Shown here: piece after piece, positions 37,966 through 47,852 of the stretch
Numbering within the stretch: position 1 is the stretch's first letter
How the letters are laid out: each line of letters starts with the position of its first letter
Assembly: GCA_026710865.1 (NCBI GenBank)
Contig: JAPOQG010000146.1
Span: 1 to 61,918, forward strand
Direction: 5' to 3'
Origin: Acidimicrobiaceae bacterium
GTDB taxonomy: Bacteria; Actinomycetota; Acidimicrobiia; Acidimicrobiales; Aldehydirespiratoraceae
DNA length: 61,918 bases
Notes under the pieces: generated by a model
What the model was told of the DNA's origin: nothing
Seen by the model: the letters and a program-made list of their open reading frames with translations, nothing else
Databases searched by the model: none
Made by a program: the position numbers and the translations under genes

Positions 37966-38478
37966 CTATCCGCTCGGCTTCTGGGGCGTCTCGCGACGAG
38001 CGCGGATCTCCATGTAGCGCCGCCACCGCGCCGGGATCAACGCCGGCTCGCCGCGGTGGAGGTCGGTCACGGTGAAGCCTCCGGCTCGCAGAGCCGACAC
38101 CACGTCGCGCCCACCGCCGTCGCGGGCCGACTGGCGGTGCCCGAGTCGCGACGGCAGCAGGCTGCGGAGCCGCCCGGCACCGAGTTCGGATGGCTCCACC
38201 ATGAGGATCCATCCGCCATCGGCCAAGATCTGCTCCAACGCGGCGACGAAGCTGTCGAGGTCGGCCACCTGCGGGGTGCGCATGAACGACAGGATCGTGT
38301 CGTAGCGGGCGCCGCGGGCACATTCCGAGCGCACGGCCGACACGGCGTCTGCGGGCAGCTCGAACACCCGGCCCGCCGCCGAGTCTGCCAGTCGCTGCCA
38401 GCGCTCGCCGAGGGCGTCGACCACGGCCGGAGGGCACGCCGGCGAGCCCCGTTGCGTGATCGAGACACCGGTGACCAT
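37966..38478 (-). CDS. Class I SAM-methyltransferase-like protein lacking a recognisable motif I (possibly a truncated remnant)
   Basis: 170 aa. YDTILSFMRTPQVADLDSFVAALEQILADGGWILMVEP resembles MTase type-11 post-I/II/III motifs. No GxGxG is seen upstream. Confidence 0.4.
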   Translation of the reverse strand: MVTGVSITQRGSPACPPAVVDALGERWQRLADSAAGRVFELPADAVSAVRSECARGARYDTILSFMRTPQVADLDSFVAALEQILADGGWILMVEPSELGAGRLRSLLPSRLGHRQSARDGGGRDVVSALRAGGFTVTDLHRGEPALIPARWRRYMEIRARRETPQKPSG

Positions 38479-38500
38479 CGTTACAACCTACTCTCTGTGC

Positions 38501-39244
38501 GTGTCCGCCGAAGCGAGGCGCCCGCCTTGCGATGGTCCTCGCAGCGATCCACGCCAGCCACACGACGGGGGGCCCTCGGGCCTGCCCCGGTGCGGCTGGA
38601 CCTTTCCCGATCCCTCGGCCGCCGACGAGGCCGGGATCGTGGCCGTGGGCGCCGACCTGGAGCCGTCCACGCTGATCGCGGCCTACAGCCGCGGGCTGTT
38701 CCCCATGCCGTTGAGGCCTGGCGGGCGGATCGGCTGGTGGTCCCCGCCGGAGCGGGGCGTCCTGGAGCCCGAGCGGCTTGTCGTCAGCCGGTCGCTGCGG
38801 CAGTCCTGCCGGCGCTACGAGATCCGGGTCGACACGGCCTTCGCCGAGGTCGTCGAGGGATGCGCCGACCCGGCCAGGCCCCATGGCTGGATCGACGACC
38901 AGATGCGGGCCGCGTATGTGCGGCTGCACCGCGAGGGCTTCGCACACAGCGTCGAAGCCTGGCGCGGCGGCGAACTGGCCGGCGGCCTCTACGGCGTGGC
39001 CATCGGCGGCCTGTTCGCGGGGGAGTCGATGTTCTACCGGTCCCGCGACGCCTCCAAGGTCGCGCTGGTGGCCCTCGCCGACGGCCTCCGCGACGGCCAC
39101 CCGAGACTGATCGATGTCCAATGGGTGACGCCGCACCTGTGCTCGCTCGGCGCGAGCCCCGTACCGCGCCATCAATACCTGCGCCGGCTGCCGGAGTTGC
39201 TGGACTCCACACCCCCGACGCTGTTCACGCCCGCCCGCGACTGA
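38501..39244 (+). CDS. aat: Leucyl/phenylalanyl-tRNA--protein transferase
   Basis: YSRGLFPMP, WWSPPERGVL, HSVEAW..GELAGGLYGV and GESMF blocks. GTG 38501 was chosen to avoid a head-to-head overlap with the divergent gene. Start is uncertain. Confidence 0.8.
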   Translation: MSAEARRPPCDGPRSDPRQPHDGGPSGLPRCGWTFPDPSAADEAGIVAVGADLEPSTLIAAYSRGLFPMPLRPGGRIGWWSPPERGVLEPERLVVSRSLRQSCRRYEIRVDTAFAEVVEGCADPARPHGWIDDQMRAAYVRLHREGFAHSVEAWRGGELAGGLYGVAIGGLFAGESMFYRSRDASKVALVALADGLRDGHPRLIDVQWVTPHLCSLGASPVPRHQYLRRLPELLDSTPPTLFTPARD

Positions 39245-39250
39245 CCGGGG

Positions 39251-39622
39251 TCACACTGTCGGGTGGCTCACCATCCGGAGCTTGAGCGGGACCAGCCGCT
39301 CGTTGGGCGAGTCGACCGCCAGCATGAGCCCCTGCAGCGTGTAAGCCCCGAGCAGAGGCTCGATGTCGTCGTCGCCGAAGAGCACCAGAGTCGGCGCGGT
39401 GCGTTCATCGACAGTTGCCCCCGCGAGACCGACGTCGTAGTCGACGAGACGGCCGTCGGCCAGCTCGAGGGTGTAGGTGTCGAACGGTTCCACCTCCAGC
39501 TCTGTCAGCAGCCTGGCCGGCACCAGTGTGTAGAAGGAGCCCGTGTCGACCAGCGCCTCCACCTCCACTGAGCGCTCGCCGTCGATACTCGCTAGCCGCA
39601 GGGTCTTACTGAACACTCCCAC
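39251..39622 (-). CDS. Retropepsin-like (clan AA) aspartic protease, single domain (paralogue 2)
   Basis: GTG at 39622, 6 nt after a perfect AGGAGG (39634..39629). This start aligns residue for residue with the 6710 paralogue (VGVFSKTLRL vs MGTFSRTVRL). ALVDTGS motif. Confidence 0.7.
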   Translation of the reverse strand: MGVFSKTLRLASIDGERSVEVEALVDTGSFYTLVPARLLTELEVEPFDTYTLELADGRLVDYDVGLAGATVDERTAPTLVLFGDDDIEPLLGAYTLQGLMLAVDSPNERLVPLKLRMVSHPTV

Positions 39623-39628
39623 CACAAA

Positions 39629-39662
39629 CCTCCTACCCAGCGTGTACTGAAAGTTCATTATA
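39629..39662 (-). promoter_or_regulatory. Putative sigma70-like -10 box (TATAAT) and consensus Shine-Dalgarno upstream of retropepsin paralogue 2
   Basis: The minus strand reads GGAG-TATAAT-gaactttcagtacacgctgggt-AGGAGG-tttgtg-GTG in a conspicuously AT-rich 60-nt patch just after the accE-like stop. No good -35 was found. Confidence 0.35.
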
Positions 39663-39674
39663 CTCCAATATCTT

Positions 39675-39908
39675 TCATTTCCACCCGCCGTAGCTTGGTC
39701 TGCGCTGCCAGGGCCGGCCCGCGTAGCGCCAGCGCGGTGAGGGTGACGGCGAGGCGGCGGCACTCAGACGCGGCCAGAGCTCGGACTGGAGAGCCTCGAC
39801 GGCCGCGACGATCGCGGCCCGCTCGGAATCTGTCGGCTCCGGGGTGATGGACACGATCTCGAGGCTGCCCGGCGCGGTGGCGGGGGTCGGCGCGGCCGCA
39901 GCGCTCAC
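39675..39908 (-). CDS. Acyl-CoA carboxylase epsilon subunit
   Basis: 77-aa Ala/Pro-rich protein ending [18 protein letters not shown], overlapping the stop of the carboxyltransferase gene. Typical actinobacterial AccE arrangement. Confidence 0.75.
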   Translation of the reverse strand: MSAAAAPTPATAPGSLEIVSITPEPTDSERAAIVAAVEALQSELWPRLSAAASPSPSPRWRYAGRPWQRRPSYGGWK

Positions 39909-41446
39909 AGCGGGACGTTGCCGTGCTTGCGCTCGGGCATCTCCTCGCGCTTCGACTCCAGCATCTGCAAGCCGGCCGCGATCTTGCGGCGAGTCTGCGA
40001 CGGCTCGATCACCTCGTCCACGAAGCCCCGCTCGGCCGCGATGTAGGGATTGGCCAGACGCTGCGTGTAGTCGTCCACCAGCTCGTCGCGGCGCGCGGCG
40101 GGATCAGCGGCGTCGGCCAGCTCGCGCCGGTAGATGATCTCGACCGCGCCCTGAGGCCCCATGACCGCGATCTCCGCGGAGGGCCAGGCGAACGAGAGGT
40201 CCGAGCCGACGCCCTTGGAGTCCATCACCACGTAGGCGCCCCCGTAGGCCTTGCGGGTGATGACCGATATGCGGGGAACCGCGGCCTCGCAGTAGGCGTA
40301 CAGCAGCTTGGCCCCGTGGCGGATGATGCCGCCGTGCTCCTGGTCCACCCCGGGAAGGAAGCCGGGCACGTCGACGAAGGTCACCAGCGGGATGTTGAAG
40401 GCGTCGCAGGTGCGCACGAAGCGGGCCGCCTTCTCGGCCGACTCGATGTCGAGCACCCCGGCCAGCACCATGGGCTGGTTGCCGACCACGCCCACGGAAC
40501 GGCCGTCGACCCGGGCGAAGCCGCACACGATGCTGCGGGCCCAGGAGGCGTGGTACTCGAGGAAGTCGCCGTCGTCGACCACTTCGGCGATCACGTCCTT
40601 CATGTCGTAGGGGACGTTGGGGCTGTCGGGCAGCAGCGTGTCGAGGGCGGTGCACTCCCGGTCGGGATCGTCGGCCGACTTGTAGGTCGGGGGCTGCTCG
40701 AGGTTGTTGGAGGGCAGGAACGACAGCAGCGTCTTGACCTCGTCGAGCACATCTTGCTCGTCGGCTCCGACGAAGGTGGCGACGCCGGACTTGGTGCTGT
40801 GGCTGGTGGCCCCGCCGAGGTCCTCGAGGGTCACCGCCTCCCCGGTGACGGTCCTCACCACGTCGGGGCCGGTGATGAACATGTGGGACTTCTCGCGGAC
40901 CATGAAGATGAAGTCGGTCATGGCCGGGCTGTAGACGGCGCCGCCCGCGCACGGCCCGAGGATCACGCTGATCTGCGGGATGACGCCGGAGGCCTGCACG
41001 TTGCGGTAGAAGATCCCGCCGTAGCCGTCGAGGGACACCACGCCCTCCTGGATGCGGGCTCCGGCCCCGTCGTTGAGCCCGATCATGGGGGCGCCCACCG
41101 AGATGGCCAGGTCCATCACCTTGTGGAGCTTCTCGGCGAACACCTCGCCCAGCGCGCCGCCCATCACCGTGAAGTCCTGGGCGAACACGAACACCTTGCG
41201 GCCGTCGATGGTGCCCCAGCCGGTGATCACGCCGTCGGTGTAGGGACGGTCGTCGAGCCCGGCGTCGTGGGCGCGGTGGCGGGCCAGCATGTCGAGCTCG
41301 TGGAACGATCCCTCGTCCAGCAGGTAGTCGAGCCGCTCCCGGGCCAGCAGCTTGCCCTTGTCGTGCTGGCGCTTCACCGCCCGTTCGGGACCGGCGGACA
41401 GCGCTTCGGACTTCCGGGTCCGCAGATCCTCGAGCTTGTCGTGCAT
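39905..41446 (-). CDS. Acyl-CoA (propionyl-CoA type) carboxylase beta subunit, carboxyltransferase
   Basis: ATG 41446 ([12 protein letters not shown]...). Conserved blocks [55 protein letters not shown] and [11 protein letters not shown]. Confidence 0.9.
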   Translation of the reverse strand: MHDKLEDLRTRKSEALSAGPERAVKRQHDKGKLLARERLDYLLDEGSFHELDMLARHRAHDAGLDDRPYTDGVITGWGTIDGRKVFVFAQDFTVMGGALGEVFAEKLHKVMDLAISVGAPMIGLNDGAGARIQEGVVSLDGYGGIFYRNVQASGVIPQISVILGPCAGGAVYSPAMTDFIFMVREKSHMFITGPDVVRTVTGEAVTLEDLGGATSHSTKSGVATFVGADEQDVLDEVKTLLSFLPSNNLEQPPTYKSADDPDRECTALDTLLPDSPNVPYDMKDVIAEVVDDGDFLEYHASWARSIVCGFARVDGRSVGVVGNQPMVLAGVLDIESAEKAARFVRTCDAFNIPLVTFVDVPGFLPGVDQEHGGIIRHGAKLLYAYCEAAVPRISVITRKAYGGAYVVMDSKGVGSDLSFAWPSAEIAVMGPQGAVEIIYRRELADAADPAARRDELVDDYTQRLANPYIAAERGFVDEVIEPSQTRRKIAAGLQMLESKREEMPERKHGNVPL

Positions 41447-41682
41447 GGGCGTACCAGCCACGAAGCGGAAGGCTACCGGCACCCCGGCACACGCCGAGAG
41501 CCTCCGCAACCGAACTGGCAGCAGAATGCACGCATACCGGGCAGAACGCTGCCAGTTCCTGCCGCAGGCCCGGGCTGTTGACCCGCCTTGGCCGAATGCT
41601 CGCCCGCCCCAGACGACAAGGCATCATCAGGGCACGGCACCATCAGTATGGCTGTCACACTCCTTCGATACTGTCCTCGCCC

Positions 41683-44600
41683 ATGACTGTGCAGGCTGTC
41701 GACAACCTCAATGCAACGACGCCCCCCGCCAAACCCGCGCCGCAACGCTGGCGGCTCAACCGAGCCGGGATCATCAACGTCTACCAGTACGAGAACGAGG
41801 TGTTGGACTTCGCTGGAGGTCGGCTGCTGCTGCGGGGTGTCAACGGCTCGGGCAAGTCGACTGCGATGAACATGCTGCTGCCGTTCCTGCTGACCGCTCG
41901 CCCCGGCCGCATCGACGCGGCGGGCGAGCAGATCGGGATCCTCAAGTCTTGGATGCTCAGCGGCCGCGACGACCGCCAACCGGTGGGGTACCTGTGGATT
42001 GAGTTCGAGCAGCAGGGTGAGTTTGTCGTGTGCGGCTGCGGCATCAAGGCCAACCGCCAGTCCGACACGGTGTCCACGTGGTGGTTTGTCACGTCGAAGC
42101 GGCCCGGAGTCGATGTCCACCTCGTCGCCGGCGACCAACCGCTGTCGGCTGACGCACTGCGGGCCGAACTCGACGGTGACGACGTGTTCGGCGACCGGCG
42201 CCGCTCCGACTACCGGCGCACCGTGCAGCAGCGCCTCTTCGGCGGCGCGCCAATCGACCAGCACGTGGGGCTCATCCATGTGGTTCGCAGCCCCCGGGTT
42301 GGCGACCGCATCGATGTCGAACTGCCGGAGCACCTCGTCGAGGCACTTCCGCAGCTGTCGGAGCAGGCGCTGGCCGAGGCCGCCCAGCCGCTCGACGATC
42401 TCGAGGAACATCGCCGCAACGTCACCGACCTTGAGCGCACATCCGAAGCAATCCGCGGCCTGTTGGGCGTCTACCGCTCCTATTGCGCCCACGAGATGAG
42501 GCAGCGAGCGGTTGAGGGACGCTCAACGCTGGCGGCTGAGCGAAGCCGGGGCCGCGACGAGAAGCACAAGCAGGAGGCCGCGCTCGCAGCCGAGGCCGAG
42601 GTCGTCCGCCTCGACGAGGAGATCGTTGAGCATGAGCGCACCGCCGACCGCCTGCGAAGCGAGATCTCGGCGCTGGAGGAATCGCGCGCCTATCGCGAGG
42701 GCCGGCAACTCGACGCACTGCGCGACTTTGTGGCCAACCTGGCCAGAGAGCGCGAGAGCGCCGCAGCGCGGGTGGCGCGGCGCGAAGAGCGCGTGGAGGC
42801 AACGGCCGAGGACCTTCTCAGAGCCCGGAACCGCGGCCGTGACGACTGCGCCGCGCTCAACATCGGGCTTGCCGCCGCGGCGGAGTTGGGCGAACACTGC
42901 CGGGTACCCCGCCGCCCGCCCGGACCGGTCGCGGTACCCGAGACTGAGCTCACCGAAGCCGAGGCGTCCCAGCCGACCGCCACTCTCGACGACGCCACAA
43001 TCACCCGCGAACTCGCCGCGATGGGTGGGGCCGTCCTCGCGAGGCAAGCGGACGTCGACAGGGTCGATGAGTCACGCTCCGTGCTCGACACCGCTGAGGC
43101 CGCACTGAGCCGGGCCGAGTCGGTCCTCAAGGCTGCGTCCGGCGTTGCTGATCGCTGCTCGGCCCGCTTGGCCGAGCAGCAGCGCCGCCTCCTCGCGGCA
43201 CGACGCGAATGGCACGACAAGACCCGCGTATGGGCGACGGAGGCCCACTCCCTGCTGCGGGAAGCAGGTCTGGACGCGCCCGGGGTCTCCGCCCTTGCCG
43301 CCCCACTGCCGGACGTCGGCGCACCGACCGACGACACATCCGGGGTGACGACGACCGCGCCGGCGGCGGGGGCTGAGGGTGCCGCGACTCTGCGGGCCGA
43401 ACTCTCTCTGGATTGCGATGAGCTCATCGGGCACCGGCGGGACTCTGCCGCCGCAGTCGAGCACCGGCTGATCGGCGAGCGCGCCTCGGCCGGCGAGGCG
43501 CAGGCCCTCGTCGATTCACTGGCGGACCGCACGGAGCCTGAGCCTCCCAGACTCGGCTGGCAGGCTGCCCCGGAGTACTGCCTGGCCGATCTGATCGACT
43601 TCAAGGTTCATGTGGGAGAAGCAGAGCGCTGCGGTATCGAGGCCGCGCTCGAGTCCTCTGGCCTGCTCTCTGCCCGACTCGTCGAGGACGCCGCTCTCAA
43701 ACTGCGCAGCGGCGAGTTGGTCGCAGCGACGGCGCGACCCGTCGACGACCCCCTCAGCGACTACCTCGAGGTGACCGTGCCGGACCGGCTCAGCAACCGG
43801 CTGGACCCGCAGGCGGTGGCCCGGCTGCTCGCCTCGATCTCGTTCGACATGTCGGGCAGCGCGGCCACCGCGGTGGCCGCCGACGGTTCCTTCCGGGTTG
43901 GCGCCCTTCACGGGCGCCACTGCAAGGACCAGGTCCAGTTCATCGGAGCAGCCGCTCGCCGGGAGGCGCTCGAACGCGAGAGGCTGGCGGCGTCGACCCG
44001 CTGGGATGAGGCTGCTGCCATCGTGCGTGACAGCGAGGCAGAACTGGCCCGGCACCGGTCGTCGCTCGAACGGGCCCTGAGAATCCGGGAGCGCCTGCCC
44101 TCCACCGCGGCGATCGTCGAGGCGGCTGCCTCCGTCGCGGCCGCAACCCAAGAGGCGGACTCGGCCGACGCCGACCGGGACACGGCCGCTGCCGATCACG
44201 GCGTGGCAGAACAAGCGGCGACTGGAGCCTCGAACGAGCTGCAACGGATCGCGGTGACGCTGCAGCTTCCGCAGGACCGCCCCGGCCTCGACGCGATCCG
44301 CGCCGAACTGCGCGACCTGGCGCCCAAGCTGGAGCGGTGCCAGTCTCTGCTGGAAGCGCTGAGACGGTCGATCAGCGAATGGAACGGGGCCGCGGCTCGC
44401 TGGCGAGCAGCCGACGACGACCTGCGCGCCGAGCGCGGCACCCTGTCCAGGATCGAGTCCGAGCACGACCAAGAGCGAGCCCGTCTTGCGACCATCGAGG
44501 ACAGCATCGGTGCGGAATACGCGGAGGTGGTGGCCACTCGAGACGCGTGCCGGGCGGAACTGGCGCGGATCGAGGAACTCCTGCGGGCGAGCCGCGAGCA

Positions 44601-45933
44601 GCTGATCGGCGCGGTAGACGGCAGGGCCAAGGCCCGCGCCGCGGCCGAAGTCGCCGCCTCCGAGCGCGTCCGGGCGGTGGCGGCCTGCGACGAGGCGCGT
44701 CGGTCGCTCGTCGCCGCGCTGGCAACGCCAGGGCTGATCGAGGCCCTCACTCCGATCGGCGACGACTCGCCGGCGCCGATCGCAGCCGACTCCACCGGCC
44801 CCAAGGGTCTGCGCCAAGTGGTCCAAGCCGTCGAGCGGCTGCTGGCCGAGGCCGATGGCGACGCCGCTGCCGGAAGCGACGATGCGCTCCACGTGGCCGG
44901 CGAGGCCGGTGCCGACCGGTCGGCCGTTGCTCGCCCGCCCGACGCCGCGAGAATCACCGCCGACAGCGTCCGGCAATCGTTGAGACGGCGCCGCGACGCG
45001 CTGGGCGCGGGGTGGGATGCGGACGATCGCCAGCCAGACGACACGGCCATGCCTCTATGGGTGGAGGTGACGGGACCATCCGGGCGGGCACCGTTGGCAG
45101 CTTCGGTGCGGGCCGTGACCCAGCAACTCGACCATATGGTCGCTTTGCTCGACCACAAGCAGAGCGAGGCGCTCCGGGAGTTGCTGCAAGGCATGATCGC
45201 ACGCGAGATCGCCGATCGAGTCCACCGCGCCGCGAGGCTGGTGGAGCGCATGAACGATCGGCTGGACGCAGTCACCACGGCCCACGATGTTGGCGTCCGC
45301 CTGCGGTGGCGGCGCTCCCGCGAGCTCGACCCGGCCACAGACGGCATGATCGACCTGCTCACGAAGTTGCCCGACCTCCGCACCGAGGACGACGAGAGCC
45401 GGCTACGCCGGGCGCTGTCGGACCACTTGCAAGAGGCCCGGGCCCTCCAGCCTGACGTCCCTTATCGCCAGCTGATCTCCGAGACGCTCGACTACAAGCG
45501 GTGGCACGAGATGGCGGTGATGGTGCGGCGCCCCGGCGACAAGGAGACGAGGCTGAGCCGCAGGACGCCGCTGTCGGAGGGCGAGAAGAAGCTCGTCACG
45601 TACCTCCCGCTGTTCGCGGCGGTGGCCGCGTCCTGCGACTCCATCGCCGAGCAGGCAGACGGGACCGAGGACGAAGCACAGGGAGTCGCCCGGTTCGTCG
45701 TGCTCGACGATGCGTTCGCGAAGGTGTCCGAGGACAACCACGCCAAGCTCTTCGGGCTGCTCGTCGATCTCGACCTTGATCTCATCGCCACCAGCGAGAG
45801 GCTGTGGGGCACCCACGCGAGCGTGCCCGAACTGGCCATCACCGAGGTCGTGCGGGACGCCAGACTTCGCACCATCCTACTCGAGCACTACCGATGGGAC
45901 GGCGCCACGCTCGAGCGGCGTCAAGCGGCATGA
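41683..45933 (+). CDS. jetC: Wadjet JetC-like SMC-family ATPase (TIGR02680-type)
   Basis: 1416 aa. N-terminus RWRLNRAGIINVYQYENEVLDFAGGRLLLRGVNGSGKST (Walker A), about 1100 aa of Ala/Arg/Glu-rich coiled-coil-like sequence, then a C-terminal head with LSEGEKK and FVVLDDAFAKV (Walker B) and LIATSERLWG. Confidence 0.85.
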   Translation: MTVQAVDNLNATTPPAKPAPQRWRLNRAGIINVYQYENEVLDFAGGRLLLRGVNGSGKSTAMNMLLPFLLTARPGRIDAAGEQIGILKSWMLSGRDDRQPVGYLWIEFEQQGEFVVCGCGIKANRQSDTVSTWWFVTSKRPGVDVHLVAGDQPLSADALRAELDGDDVFGDRRRSDYRRTVQQRLFGGAPIDQHVGLIHVVRSPRVGDRIDVELPEHLVEALPQLSEQALAEAAQPLDDLEEHRRNVTDLERTSEAIRGLLGVYRSYCAHEMRQRAVEGRSTLAAERSRGRDEKHKQEAALAAEAEVVRLDEEIVEHERTADRLRSEISALEESRAYREGRQLDALRDFVANLARERESAAARVARREERVEATAEDLLRARNRGRDDCAALNIGLAAAAELGEHCRVPRRPPGPVAVPETELTEAEASQPTATLDDATITRELAAMGGAVLARQADVDRVDESRSVLDTAEAALSRAESVLKAASGVADRCSARLAEQQRRLLAARREWHDKTRVWATEAHSLLREAGLDAPGVSALAAPLPDVGAPTDDTSGVTTTAPAAGAEGAATLRAELSLDCDELIGHRRDSAAAVEHRLIGERASAGEAQALVDSLADRTEPEPPRLGWQAAPEYCLADLIDFKVHVGEAERCGIEAALESSGLLSARLVEDAALKLRSGELVAATARPVDDPLSDYLEVTVPDRLSNRLDPQAVARLLASISFDMSGSAATAVAADGSFRVGALHGRHCKDQVQFIGAAARREALERERLAASTRWDEAAAIVRDSEAELARHRSSLERALRIRERLPSTAAIVEAAASVAAATQEADSADADRDTAAADHGVAEQAATGASNELQRIAVTLQLPQDRPGLDAIRAELRDLAPKLERCQSLLEALRRSISEWNGAAARWRAADDDLRAERGTLSRIESEHDQERARLATIEDSIGAEYAEVVATRDACRAELARIEELLRASREQLIGAVDGRAKARAAAEVAASERVRAVAACDEARRSLVAALATPGLIEALTPIGDDSPAPIAADSTGPKGLRQVVQAVERLLAEADGDAAAGSDDALHVAGEAGADRSAVARPPDAARITADSVRQSLRRRRDALGAGWDADDRQPDDTAMPLWVEVTGPSGRAPLAASVRAVTQQLDHMVALLDHKQSEALRELLQGMIAREIADRVHRAARLVERMNDRLDAVTTAHDVGVRLRWRRSRELDPATDGMIDLLTKLPDLRTEDDESRLRRALSDHLQEARALQPDVPYRQLISETLDYKRWHEMAVMVRRPGDKETRLSRRTPLSEGEKKLVTYLPLFAAVAASCDSIAEQADGTEDEAQGVARFVVLDDAFAKVSEDNHAKLFGLLVDLDLDLIATSERLWGTHASVPELAITEVVRDARLRTILLEHYRWDGATLERRQAA

Positions 45934-47852
45934 TTCCCGAGTCCCTGGGCGCAGCCTCCGCCTCCCGGGCCATGAACGGAGACGAATCGGGCCGCGGCAA
46001 CGCGGCGTCCGCCCTTCGGCGGAGCGCCGACGACGGACCAGACCGCGCCCGGATGCTGTTCCGGTACCTCGCGGTACCCGAGTGGCGCGACTACCGAACG
46101 ATCCTCGGCGTGTTCGCCGGCACATTCTTCGCCGAGTTCACGCCGGATGATGTCGCGGCCGAGCCCGCCGTCGTGGAGGCTGGAATCGATCCGGCCGTCG
46201 TTCCCGGCCGGCTGGAGAGCCTGCACGGCTGGGGGAATCTGACGGTCTCGTCGTCGGTCGGCAATCCGTCGAGCCTGGAGGACTACTACCGGCGCCGCAA
46301 CCGGTACTTGATCACACGGACCGGTCAGGAGGTCTTCCAGACCGTCGAGGGCGTGCTTTCTGCGGTGGACGAGCACGCCGACCTCCAGGCGGGCCGTCTC
46401 CGCGACCTGGACCGCGCTCTGCGCGAGCTCGGCGAGCACGCCGCAGAGGATTTTGCACGGCTCCCGGCCGAGGAACTCGCCGACCGGGTCCGTGCCGTGT
46501 TCGACGTCCACGAGCGCTTCACGACCGAACTGACCCAGTTCTTCGCCGACCTCAACCTGTGGCAGAGCCGCTACGACCTCAACGCCGACGAGGTGCAGGT
46601 GTTCGCGGGCGTCCTCGTCACCTACGTCTCGGAGCAACTGGCCGAGATCGAGCGCATGACACGCCCGATCGCCCGCCGCCTGGAGACCATCCTGCCTCGG
46701 CGTGCGACGCTGACGGGAGCACTCAGATCCGGCCTCGCGGCCCGTGTCAACGACGCCGGGCTGACCGACAGCGTCGCGGTGCGCCACCTGCCGGGCACGG
46801 CGACCAGGGACTGGGACCACCTCGCGGAATGGTTCTTGGCACCAGCCGGACGGGTGTCGCGGCTCGATCAGCTGACACGACAGGCGGTGGCGGCGGTTCG
46901 CACTCTGACCGCGAACGTGACCCGGCTGTCGCGAGTCGGGTTGGGCGCGACGTCGCGGCGTTCCGACTTCTTGCGTCTGGCCGGCTTCTTCGACAACGCG
47001 GCCACCGCCGCCGAGGCGCACGAGATCGCGGCGGCCGCCTTCGGGCTCGGATCGAGCCGCCGCCTCGGGACGCCGGCCGCAGACTGCGACGACCCGGAGT
47101 CCTCGGCCACGGCCTGGTGCGACGCTCCCCGCGCCGTCGTGCCGGTGTCGTTGCGGAAGCACGGCGACCGCAATCAGCGCGGCAGGCCCACACCGGTGCG
47201 CGACCGGCGGCGCGAACGCGAGTTGATCGAGCGCGACCGCGAGCTCAGCCGCGCCGCAAGAGAGGCCACCACCGCCGAACTGCTCTCCTGCGCGGACTCT
47301 CGGGACCGCATCGACGGCGCGCGGATGTCAGTCGCATGCTTCTCGATGCTGCGCGACCTGATCAGCCGTTCAGGGCACGGCGACGACATGCACGCCGATA
47401 CACGGACCGTGACCGAGCCCGGTATCCGGTTCACGGTGAGCCGGGTTCCGGGCGAGAGCACCGTCGTGGAGTGCCCCGACGGCCGCCTCGTGATGCGCGG
47501 CATCATCATCTCCGTTGCCAGTCCCGAGGCCGCGGGCGCCTCGTCGAACGGGTCGTCCGCCGGCGCGGCCGGACCCGTTGGTGACGACGGCGCCAACGGG
47601 CACACGGCCGAAGCCCGAGATCGCGAGTCTCAGGCCAACAACGGCATGAACGCCGATGAAGGCACGAACGCCGCCACCGGCGCGGCGCCGGAACGCCCAA
47701 CTAGCGCCGGAGCGGACCGGGCCGATCCGGCATCATGGATCGTGCCCGCCACTGACGCGCGGCCCGACCCCGCCGAGGCGGCCGCAGTCGCGCCCGACCG
47801 GGAGCGGGCCGAGGTGCCGGACGGCGAGGCGTTGATCGGAGCGGCGACATGA
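45930..47852 (+). CDS. jetA: Wadjet JetA-like kleisin-type subunit (TIGR02677/DUF2397-type) with disordered C-terminal tail
   Basis: ATG 45930 overlaps the jetC stop (ATGA). LFRYLAVPEWRDYRTILGVFAGTFFAEFTPDDV matches the DUF2397 N-terminal block as I recall it. 640 aa. Confidence 0.8.
   Translation: MIPESLGAASASRAMNGDESGRGNAASALRRSADDGPDRARMLFRYLAVPEWRDYRTILGVFAGTFFAEFTPDDVAAEPAVVEAGIDPAVVPGRLESLHGWGNLTVSSSVGNPSSLEDYYRRRNRYLITRTGQEVFQTVEGVLSAVDEHADLQAGRLRDLDRALRELGEHAAEDFARLPAEELADRVRAVFDVHERFTTELTQFFADLNLWQSRYDLNADEVQVFAGVLVTYVSEQLAEIERMTRPIARRLETILPRRATLTGALRSGLAARVNDAGLTDSVAVRHLPGTATRDWDHLAEWFLAPAGRVSRLDQLTRQAVAAVRTLTANVTRLSRVGLGATSRRSDFLRLAGFFDNAATAAEAHEIAAAAFGLGSSRRLGTPAADCDDPESSATAWCDAPRAVVPVSLRKHGDRNQRGRPTPVRDRRRERELIERDRELSRAAREATTAELLSCADSRDRIDGARMSVACFSMLRDLISRSGHGDDMHADTRTVTEPGIRFTVSRVPGESTVVECPDGRLVMRGIIISVASPEAAGASSNGSSAGAAGPVGDDGANGHTAEARDRESQANNGMNADEGTNAATGAAPERPTSAGADRADPASWIVPATDARPDPAEAAAVAPDRERAEVPDGEALIGAAT

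Noticed and set aside
41578-41682. TTG 41578 as the jetC start (35 extra residues)
   Set aside because: The extra segment is lower in GC, lacks codon bias and adds a basic low-complexity peptide not expected before the conserved N-terminal block. ATG 41683 is preferred, possibly as a short-leader or leaderless transcript.
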